Origin: an uncultured virus (IMG/VR IMGVR_UViG_3300044912_000278)
Taxonomy: Duplodnaviria > Heunggongvirae > Uroviricota > Caudoviricetes
IMG/VR virus record: IMGVR_UViG_3300044912_000278
Reading direction: 5' to 3' (one strand)
DNA length: 64,000 nt
A program made the position numbers and the translations under genes. This document shows positions 41,472-51,900 of the stretch, piece by piece. The notes below the pieces were generated by a model, which saw only the letters and a list, made by a program, of their open reading frames with translations, was not told the DNA's origin and did not search any database. Each line of letters begins with the position of its first letter. Position 1 is the first letter of the stretch.

Positions 41472-43481
41472 ATGGCATATCAAGTTAAATTTACAGAAGC
41501 AACTAACTCAGCTAAGCCGGCAATTGTTGTTGAAGATAAAACAATTAATGCACAAACTGATCTTAACTTTGTTGGACAAAATTATGCAGGGTATGCTCCA
41601 ATTCTTGCAGAAAATTTCTTGCATTTGTTGGAAAATTTTGCTAAAAGTACAGCTCCGACTAATCCAGTTGAAGGTCAGATATGGTATGATAATACCACAG
41701 GGGAAAACATACTTAAGGTGTTTGATGGCACCACTTGGAATCCTACTGGATCAATAAAAAAAGCAGTAGCTGCACCCGATGTTGCAAATAGTACAAATGG
41801 TGATTTATGGGTAAATCCTATAACACGACAACTGTATATTTTTTCAGGTATTACCTGGGAATTAATTGGTCCTCAATTTAGTAGTGGTGTAAAAACAGGC
41901 CCATTAGTAGAATTATTTGTTGATACACTAGTTGACGTAACAAATAACCAACCGCATTCAGTAATATCGTTGTATGCAAGTAACGAAAGATTGGCAATTA
42001 TAAGTGCTGATTCGTTTATTCCAAAATCGTATACTATTGGATTTGCAACAATTAATCGAGGAATCAATTTATCAACTATTAATAGTAGTGCAACTTCTCT
42101 TATTAAGTTATGGGGAACTGCACGGTCGGCAGATTCATTAGTAGTTGGCAGTGCAGAAGTTAGTGCTTCAAATTTTTTAAGAGCTGATGTTGCATCAACT
42201 ACTACCGCTGCATTAAATGTGCAATCTGATAGTGGTATCTCAGTTGGTAGTGATTTAAGTTTTAGTATTAATGCAACTACATCAGTAATTGGGTTAACTG
42301 CAAAAAATAAAAATATTGGCATTAAAGTGCAGGATAATCAAGGTGTGACTACTGTTATTCATGTTGATACACAGAAACGAGTAGGAATTGGGTCAAATAA
42401 TACATCACCGTTATCTACATTAGATGTAGGAGGAGATGCACTCATTCGTACTAGTTTAACTGTTGGTAGTGTTGACGACGTTGTACCGGGAAGTATTAAT
42501 TTGTACGGTAACATGACTGTATTTAAAACATCAACATTTAAAGATATTGCAACTTTTGAAAAACCGATACGTGTTTATAATTTAACCGGCGGAGCAGTTA
42601 TATTACCGCAATATACCGTGGATCAGTTAGTAGCAAGTCGTCCTATGTACGACATCGGTTCAGCGGTATTGCCATTTAGAAACATGTATGCTAAGTCATT
42701 TGTAGGTGATTTAACAGGTAGTGTAACTGGTACGCTTACTGGAAACGTAACAGGTTCAGCATCTTATTTAAAGAATGCAGTTAACATGACGTTAACTGGT
42801 GACGTTACTACTGCAGCAACACAGTTTAATGGGCAGTCGGATGTTACATTTACAACTACTATTAGTCAAGGATTTATTACCTCAAAAGATCCAGCAGATG
42901 CATCGTTTGATACTGATCAAATATTAACATTTCGTACTAAAACTGGGCTGCAACGTACTACTAAGGCATTATTTTTGCAATCGGTTCCGTCAGTACCAAC
43001 AGGCGCAATTTTACCATTTGCTGGTTCTATAATACCAGCTGGATATTTGTTATGTGACGGTAGCGAAATATTAATTTCGTCATATATTCAATTACATAAT
43101 ACGCTAGGATATGCATATCGAGATCCAACATTGTTAGTTGGTGTTGGAACATTTGCATTACCTGATTTGCGAGGTAGATTTCCATTAGGTTGTGATAACA
43201 TGGACAACAAATTAACTATTCTTAATGCTAGTGGTTCTACCGTTAACGCCGGCGGTAATCGAAATGGAACTATAGATAACGCTAGTAATGCAGCAAATCG
43301 AGTTCAAAATCCAAATTCTAAAAAGACTGGTGCATCTTCAGGTACTGATACATTAGGCATTGCTGCACAAGCTAATGCAACCGGCGATAAAATGCTAGCA
43401 AATTCAAACGGATCTATGTATTCTATTATGAATCCATATCAAACAATAAATTATATCATATTTACCGGAGTAGTAACCTAA
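41472..43481 (+). CDS. Tail fibre protein with phage tail-collar domain
   Basis: PTGAILPFAG...PAGYLLCDG...FALPDLRGRFPLG; C-terminal NPYQTINYII. Confidence 0.85.
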   Translation: MAYQVKFTEATNSAKPAIVVEDKTINAQTDLNFVGQNYAGYAPILAENFLHLLENFAKSTAPTNPVEGQIWYDNTTGENILKVFDGTTWNPTGSIKKAVAAPDVANSTNGDLWVNPITRQLYIFSGITWELIGPQFSSGVKTGPLVELFVDTLVDVTNNQPHSVISLYASNERLAIISADSFIPKSYTIGFATINRGINLSTINSSATSLIKLWGTARSADSLVVGSAEVSASNFLRADVASTTTAALNVQSDSGISVGSDLSFSINATTSVIGLTAKNKNIGIKVQDNQGVTTVIHVDTQKRVGIGSNNTSPLSTLDVGGDALIRTSLTVGSVDDVVPGSINLYGNMTVFKTSTFKDIATFEKPIRVYNLTGGAVILPQYTVDQLVASRPMYDIGSAVLPFRNMYAKSFVGDLTGSVTGTLTGNVTGSASYLKNAVNMTLTGDVTTAATQFNGQSDVTFTTTISQGFITSKDPADASFDTDQILTFRTKTGLQRTTKALFLQSVPSVPTGAILPFAGSIIPAGYLLCDGSEILISSYIQLHNTLGYAYRDPTLLVGVGTFALPDLRGRFPLGCDNMDNKLTILNASGSTVNAGGNRNGTIDNASNAANRVQNPNSKKTGASSGTDTLGIAAQANATGDKMLANSNGSMYSIMNPYQTINYIIFTGVVT

Positions 43482-44347
43482 TGAGTTATACAATAAACAG
43501 AACTGATGGAACATTATTAACTGAATTAGTAGACGGAACGGTTGATCAAATTTCATCAGATTTAACATTAGTTGGGAAAAATGCAAGTGCATACGGTGCC
43601 TATATAAATGAAAATTTTGTACAATTATTGGAAAATTTTGCCAACTATAAAGCCCCTGCTAAACCAATTCAAGGTCAATTATGGTTTGATTCTCTTGAAA
43701 AACGATTAAAAGTATTTGATGGTTATACGTTTAAATTGAGTGCCGGCACAATTGTAGCCGATGCAGTGCCTAGCTCGATTGCACAAGGCGACATTTGGAT
43801 TGATAATAAAAATAAGCAATTATATTTTAACGATGGCGTATCAACAATTTTAGTTGGGCCAACATCAACTAATGTAACTGGTTATGCGGTAGAGATTGTA
43901 CTTGACAATATCGGAGATCCACATACTATAATGTTATTGCGAATATTAACTTCGTTAGTTGGCATATTTAGTATTGATGCATTTACATTAGGCGATAGTA
44001 TTGCAGGATATGCTAGATCTAATATTGAAATTGGTTTTAATTTTGCTACTGTATCAAATATTACATATGTTAATGATCCGGTTATTGATACCGATGCTGC
44101 AAATAAGCAATATGTTGATAACTCAATTAAAATAGCTCCGCTTGCTATTTCATTAAACACAACATCAATGGTTGATACTCATACTGAAATTCCGGATTTA
44201 TTATCTAAAATTTTCCCAGCATCTGAACATGCAGTAATTGACGTAGTTGGACCAATTTGTAGAGTAGTATGTACTAACAATATAGTTGTAACAGTTAAGC
44301 AATTTGTATTAACTGACAGTGTGTGGACGTGGCAATCTGATTTATGA
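43481..44347 (+). CDS. Tail fibre-related protein (paralogous N-terminus)
   Basis: LVGKN...YG...NENFVQLLENFA...P..GQLWFD; DAANKQYVD motif. Confidence 0.7.
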   Translation: MSYTINRTDGTLLTELVDGTVDQISSDLTLVGKNASAYGAYINENFVQLLENFANYKAPAKPIQGQLWFDSLEKRLKVFDGYTFKLSAGTIVADAVPSSIAQGDIWIDNKNKQLYFNDGVSTILVGPTSTNVTGYAVEIVLDNIGDPHTIMLLRILTSLVGIFSIDAFTLGDSIAGYARSNIEIGFNFATVSNITYVNDPVIDTDAANKQYVDNSIKIAPLAISLNTTSMVDTHTEIPDLLSKIFPASEHAVIDVVGPICRVVCTNNIVVTVKQFVLTDSVWTWQSDL

Positions 44348-44389
44348 TACATAAAAGAATAAATATATTAAAAATAAGGAATATCTAAA

Positions 44390-45901
44390 ATGGCATATGA
44401 CGTTAGACAATATAACGGAGATCCGGCAGCAACAGTTGAAGAAGGTACCATAAATTCTAAGTTTGACATTAGGTTAGTTGGGAAAAACTACGCAGGCTAC
44501 GGAGAAACGCAGAATACAAATTTTATTCATTTATTAGAAAATTTCTCTAATAACACTCCACCTCCTAAAGCTACAACCGGCCAAATTTGGTATAATAGTG
44601 CTGATCAAAAATTACAATTCAATGCAGGCACGATGTCATTAAAAGAATGGCATACAATCGGGTCAGTTGAATCATCTGTGATTGCACCGACTACATTAAA
44701 GGTTGGCAATTTTTGGTGGGATACTACAAATAGCCATTTATATTGTAGAAGTGCAGTTGGTACTAATATATTCATCGGTGGTGATACTTCAGGAATTATT
44801 ACACAAATGAAGTCACGTACTGTTACTGCAGTTGGCGGAGCAACTCACGAAATAATCGAAGCAATGGTAGATAATACTACTATTTTTATTATTAGTAAAG
44901 ATGCAGATTTTACGTTAAACACAGAATATAATGATATTTCAGGATTTACACATGTATATCCGGGTATCACATTATCTAACATAACAGGAGTTAAATTTAA
45001 TGGCACTGTTACTAATTCGGAACAGCTTGGCGGGATCGAAGCAGACAAATATATTAATAATGTTACTCCGGTATTTCCAGTAATTGCAAAATTTGCCGAT
45101 GCAGGGATATCAATCGGAGCAACTGAAACATTGTTCATTTATAGTGATTTAGGAATTCCTACTATTAATAATGGAGTATCTGAAAAAATAGTATTTAACA
45201 CAACAACCCTTGCTGGATCAGCTATTGCAATGGAATTAAACGGTGCTGATATACTACCAGGTACTGTTGATGTTTCTAATTTAGGATCAATTGGTTCACA
45301 ATTTGATACAGTTTATGCATCGACATTTACAGGTAATGCAGCTTCGGCAACTAGTGCAGCAACAGCCGCGCAGGCTGATTCAGTATTAGCAGGAACAACG
45401 TATCGTACTGCATCAGAAACTATTGCTGCTGGTACTATTGTAGCAAGAACTTCATCTGACTCATTAGTTAACGGTACAAATCTTACTGCAGGATCAATTA
45501 ATGCAAATTATTTTGTAGGTATTGCAACACATGCATTAGCAGCTGATTTAGCAGAAAAGTATGTAGCTGATGCCAAATACGAAACTGGCACAGTGTTAAT
45601 GATTGGCGGCGAACAAGAAGTAACTGCTGCGCAAGGTGGATATCGCGCACTAGGTGCAGTATCGGAAAATCCAGCGTATGCAATGAATACGGGATTAGTT
45701 GATGGTACATATGTTGCATTAAAAGGCCGAGTACCGGTTAAAGTTATAGGTATAGTTAAAAAAGGTGATCGATTAATTGCTGCAGATACCGGAGTTGCAT
45801 CGTCGTTGACATTGTTAGAACATGCAGGTCTTGTTTTTGCAATTGCACTCGAAGATAACAATGATACGGATATCAAACTGGTTGAAGCAGTTATTTTATA
45901 A
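44390..45901 (+). CDS. Tail fibre-related protein with putative autocleaving C-terminal chaperone
   Basis: Same N-terminal motif; ADLAEKY...G.VS..PAY.MN...VALKGRVPVKV.G...KGD (peptidase G2/IMC-like); ATAAATA at 44359-65. Confidence 0.7.
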   Translation: MAYDVRQYNGDPAATVEEGTINSKFDIRLVGKNYAGYGETQNTNFIHLLENFSNNTPPPKATTGQIWYNSADQKLQFNAGTMSLKEWHTIGSVESSVIAPTTLKVGNFWWDTTNSHLYCRSAVGTNIFIGGDTSGIITQMKSRTVTAVGGATHEIIEAMVDNTTIFIISKDADFTLNTEYNDISGFTHVYPGITLSNITGVKFNGTVTNSEQLGGIEADKYINNVTPVFPVIAKFADAGISIGATETLFIYSDLGIPTINNGVSEKIVFNTTTLAGSAIAMELNGADILPGTVDVSNLGSIGSQFDTVYASTFTGNAASATSAATAAQADSVLAGTTYRTASETIAAGTIVARTSSDSLVNGTNLTAGSINANYFVGIATHALAADLAEKYVADAKYETGTVLMIGGEQEVTAAQGGYRALGAVSENPAYAMNTGLVDGTYVALKGRVPVKVIGIVKKGDRLIAADTGVASSLTLLEHAGLVFAIALEDNNDTDIKLVEAVIL

Positions 45902-45915
45902 ACAAAGGAAACAAT

Positions 45916-48900
45916 ATGGCAACACCAATTACAGCATTACAATACAATACAGTTCAATCTAAAATAGCTAAAATTTTAGGTGAAGGAACTGGGGATTATG
46001 GATACGGTCAGATTGTATTAAGCAATCCAATTTCAGAAGGTGACGTATTTACTTTTGAAATGTTTGATAGTTTAAAAACTGACATTTTATCTGCAAGACA
46101 ACATCAAATTGGCCGACTAATACGTCCACCGATCAGTGAAGTTCCTGCAAATGGCTTAATAACCGCTGCTCAATTTATACAATATACATCAACTTCGGGG
46201 CTAGTAGAGTCAAATAGATTAGTAACTCCGCCTAGCTCACAAGCTGTGCGTGAGGTAATAACATCAACTACATTAATTGACCCATGGAATAATGTTACTA
46301 CTCACACAGTTGAATTGTCATTTGAATCTGGTGCTGCAATGAGAGCGTATTTCAATACTGGTAGTACTATTGAATTTTCAGCTTCTAGAGCAGGAGGAGG
46401 AACAACTACAAAAAATACATCATGGACCAATATGTTAGCGGCAGTAGGAGTTGTTAGTTTCAAGCGTTCAGCAACTACTTCAACTAAATCAGCTGGTACT
46501 GCAAACGGTTATACTGCATTAATGGCACAACCAAGTACTCCTATTAAAATATTTCAAAGAACTGTTACTGATGCATTTAAACCAAATTATTATTCGATAA
46601 CTGCACAGTTGACTGAGTCACTTGGAGATGAGCCACCTGCTGGCATTACATTTACTATTGAATTTTCAGACAATTCAACAGCTGGATTGGATATCAACGT
46701 TACTGGAACTTTAACTAGTACAGTAAGGGTGTATCGTGCAATGGGAATATTTACAACACCGGATTCAACAATGTTATCGTTTGAAGCACCGTCACCTACT
46801 CCTACTATTGACGAGTTACAAGGTGGCACAGCACTTCCTACATATTCACTTATAAGAACAGGTGCAACACAAATTCATGAAGGTGATAATGTTCCGGCTT
46901 CTTTTTATGTTTCAACTTTTAATGTTGACGACGGTACTGAGTTATATTGGACTGTTAGCGGGTATGGTATTTCTGCTAGTGATTTTGAAGATATTGATTC
47001 AATTACGGATGTTCCGTTTACTATTAATACAAATTCGTCACTACCTCTTAATTTTTACGCTGCTGCTGATTATTCTACTGAAAAACTTGAACGGTTTAAT
47101 TTGGAAATACGAACTGCACCTATGTCAACTAGTCCAGTAGTTGCTAATATTTCAGCATCACTTCAGCAAATAACTGACGATTCAAGAAACCTAGCTCCAG
47201 TAGCAGCGTTGGCAAGTTATAGATTTATATCACAAACGATTACTTCTGTAAAAGAAGGATTTAATGCAACATTTACAATTGCTGCTACCGGGATAACAAA
47301 ACCTGTAGAAGTTACGTGGAAAATAGTAGGTATTCTCGGTGAAGTTACTGGTACTGATTTTTCTGGTATCGCTAGTAAACTGACAGGTACATTTAATATT
47401 ACCAGTACATTTACGTTAAATTTATTAACACTTAAAGATGCATTTGTTGAACCAGATGATGCATTCCAAGTTGAAATATACGTTATGGAAAATAATGCAT
47501 TAACATTAAAAGACACTAGCGCAACAATGTCAATTGTTGATACAACAGTAGTTGTACCAGAAGGGTCGTGGTCAGTATCGTCAAACAGAATAACATCGAT
47601 TGCTGAAGGTAACACACAAGGGGTTCAATTTACAGTTACTACACCGACTAGTGTTAAAAATAATACAAAATTATATTGGAAAGCAGTACTTACGTCGGCA
47701 AATGGTGTGTTAGCTGATGCTGATTTTAAAAACACCGGTGGCATTGGTATCGGCGGAACAAACTCTAGTTATATTTTTGTTACTAATAATACTGCTACAC
47801 TTACTAGATATGCAGCAAATGATACGTTTACTGAAGGCACTGAAAGTTTTGCAATTGAATTTTATATGGATACTAGTCCTGCATCTAACGCACCGTTTAC
47901 TTCAGATAGATTTGTAGTTTCTAGTCCAGTAGTTGATGTTACAGAAAAAGATACGTATACCATATCACCTCCGTCAACAATAACTGAAGGTAATACAACT
48001 GGTATGACATATACTGTAACTACTCCGTATATGGAAAAAGGTTCATTGTGGTGGTTTATCCCAACAAGTCCTACTATCACTGCTGACGATTTTAATGCAA
48101 TGTATGGTGAAATTCCGATTATAAATAGCACCGGAACCTTTACTATATATGCAAAAGATGATGGTCTAATTGAAGGTAACGAAACATTTAACGTAGTAGT
48201 AAGGGCAACATCAGTTGCAACTGATGCTATATTAATTTCAAGTTTAAATTCAACTGTAATTGAAACAGACGTTTATACTATTGACACTCAAGGAGTTGCA
48301 TCTATTGCAGAAGGCGGTACACGTATTGATTTTGCTATAACTACTCCAAAAATGAGTTCGGGTTATGTATTTTGGACGTTACAATCTGATTCTGGTGTAG
48401 TTGATAAAGACGATTTTGCAGAAGGTAAAACTTCAGGTCAAATTTCAATTACTAATAATTCAGGTTCGTTTTATTTAACAGCATTAGCTGATGGCAAAAC
48501 TGAAGGTATAGAATCATTTCATATTGTTTTACGTACTGGATCGATTACTGGCCCTATAAAGAAAATTAGTGATATTATAACAATTACAGAAGTTGTTAAA
48601 TACAATGTTAATGCCGTTACTACGTCAATTACTGAAGGCGTAACTGGTACAATATTTAATATTACTACACCAAAAGTTGCCGATGCTACAGTATTACGGT
48701 GGGAAGCAGTTGCAGTTACTGGCGCACTTCAAACTACTGATTTTATAGTAACTGATTATGCACAACAAGCTACGCAAGCTACTTCAGGCACAGTACGCGT
48801 TATGAACAATAAAGCATCGTTTATAATGAATGCTAGATCCGATAGTACAACTGAAGGTGCTGAATCATTTCAAGTAGCGTTATTTGATGCAGACGGCAAT

Positions 48901-51900
48901 GATCTAAATAGCCGCAGTCAAATTATAACATTAAATGAAATTATTAATTTTAGTATTTTAACACCGGTAGTAAATGGCTCATCTGTTACTTCGTTTGATG
49001 AAGGCACAAAATTAGCATTACAAGTTTACACTCCAAAACGTGATAAAAATACTCCGCTATACTGGAAAGTAGTTCGGTATTCTGGAACAATTACATTTGA
49101 TGCAGCATCTGGTGCAATACCGCCTAATGACTTTGACGGTGCATGGAATGGCACAGTGTATGTTGATGGCAACAATCATGCAGAAATTATTATTGGTATA
49201 AGTAATGATTTGTATAGTGACGGGGTTGATGTATTTAGAGTTGAAGTAAGAGAAGTTTCAACATCAGTATTACCTGATGCAGTCACTTTGCCAATTACTA
49301 TTACTGATACATCTGGTACTCCGGCTGTTATTGTACCAGATGCCCCAAAAGTTCTTACTATTACACCTAAAGTAAACAATGCTGCAGCAACGTCTGTGTA
49401 TGAAGGAGGTACTATTACATTTGAGGTTGCTACTGCAAATATTCTACCAGCAAGAGATATTTACTATTCAATTTATGGCGGCGCTGGTCTAGCAGACAAC
49501 GACATTGTTGGTGGTTTAAATAGTTCAGTTGCACTTCACGTAAATTCAAGTGGTATTGTAAATATTCCAATTGTAATAAACACCGACGTGTTAAGTGAAG
49601 CTGCTGAATTGTTTATGCTTCAAATTATTTTAGATGAATCGACTAATTCTCCAATTGCTATTTCTAAAGCAGTTACTATTACTGATGCGTTACAATACAG
49701 AGTTTCGCCATCGAAAGTTTCAGTGTTAGAAGGCGAGTCAATAAAACTTAATTTTTATACACCACCATCTGCATTTAACACTAATATTAGATGGAATATT
49801 GATTCTGTAACAGTTGGAAGTTCAAGTGCAGTAACAGCTGAAGATTTTGATGTAACTTCTGCATCTGGTACACTGTACGGCACCGTATTAATTGATTCAA
49901 TTGGTTATGGCAGTGTTACATTAACACCAGTGTCAAACGACGCAACTGAAGGTGCTGAATATTTTACAGTATCATTATCTACAACAGCCGGTGCGCCGAT
50001 TGCACTTGGAGTTCCATGTCCACAAATAAAAATTAGAGAAAATATTGATTACAGTTTATCAGTATTATCTACTCCAATGGATGAAGGCGGTTCAGTTAGA
50101 ACATTTACGTTTACTACGCCAAAGATGGCAGATTCTACGTTTACATATGAAGTTATTCAAAAATCCGGAACTGTTACATATTCTGATTTTGAAGAAACTA
50201 AAACTCTAACATCTGGACCAATTGGAAACTCATTTACTACTACTAACAATACTGGCACATTCCATCTTCAAGCTCGATCAGATAACTTTGTTGAAGGAAA
50301 CAATGATTCATTTGTTGTAATGATTTATAAAAATGGAAATCCAGTTGCAATTACACCTGAATGTCCGCAAATTTATATACATGAAACTGGCGCATATAAT
50401 ATTTCAGTGATTGATAATACATCAACATTAGTACCCGGCGGAGTAGTAAAATATAAGATCACAACTCCATATTATGATGATGCTACTAAACTTTATTGGG
50501 AAATATTGCCGTATCAAAGCTCAGTTATTGGAGTTAACGACTTTGTAGAAACAAAGTCAGCTAATGCATTAACTAATTATGTAACATTATATTCAAATGA
50601 AGGATATTTTACATTACAAGCAGCATCTGCGTTTAATAAAGGCAATACGCCATTTGTAATTCAACTACGTACTGGATCAGCAACTGGCTCTATTCAAACA
50701 TTAGGGGCTGCTTGCCCGGTTGTTACTATTACACCGCTGCAAGTATATAGTATATCTGCAAACGGTAATAACTTTGCTGAAGGGCAGACTGTTAGATTTA
50801 CAATTAACACGCCAGTGTTATCTGCAGGAACAACAGTATATTGGAAACTTGTTGCTGAAACCACCGGATCACCTGCGTTAACTGCAACAGACTTCTACTA
50901 TTCAATGAATGGCGCTACTTCAGCACCGCTAGATGCAACATTATCAAAATATTTTACAGTTGGTTCAACATCTGTTCCACTATTGTTAGATATTCAATTT
51001 ACTAAAGATTCAGCTTCAGAAGTTGCTAAATCGTTTCATTTAGAAGTAAGCTTAACAGACGGCGGTGCACTAGTAGAGTTAAATGCTGTTAACCCTGTTG
51101 TTACATTTACTGATGAAGCAGGATATGTAGTTTCATGTCAATCGACGACTATTCTAGCAAATGAAATAGCAACCTTTAAAGTTATTGTGCCTGCATCATC
51201 TGCCATAACTGGATTATATTGGGCAGTTAACGCTTCTGCTTCGTATTTTACAGCAGCATCAGGTGTAGTTCCGGTACCGAGCCATCCTAACAGTACTATT
51301 GAGATTAGTATTCCTGTTACTGCTGCACCTACATTACCCGATGCTGCAAATAATAGTAGTTTTACGATATCACTTCGTGAAAATAATTTGCAAGGATTAA
51401 CAATTGCAGTACCAAATCCACCAACTGTTTCATTAAGTAAAGGGTTTGTACTTACAGGCACTACAAATTTAACCGCTGGTGACAATGGATTTACTGCAAC
51501 AGTGCAAACTCCAATCGGAACTAAGTTAATTACTTGGACTATAGCAAGTTCAAATATACTTGAAACAGAGTTGACGATTGGTAAAAAGAGTGATACAGTA
51601 GTTCCTGATCTAGTAACTGGTATAGCAACATTACCATTAATTAGTGTAGTTGGAAGGTCTGCAACGGTTGCTGCATCAGCTATCAAAAAAGATTTTATAT
51701 TATCTATAGACGACGCCAATGGTGTTAATAAGACAAAAAGTTCTAATATTACAGTAACCTATCCAGAAGTTAAAGTAGTAACAACCACACCACCAACAAC
51801 CACACCACCAACAACCACACCACCACCAACCACAATAGTTATTGATCCACCAAAAACAGTAGTATTTGATCCACCGTCATTTGGCACCGGTGCAGTTGCA

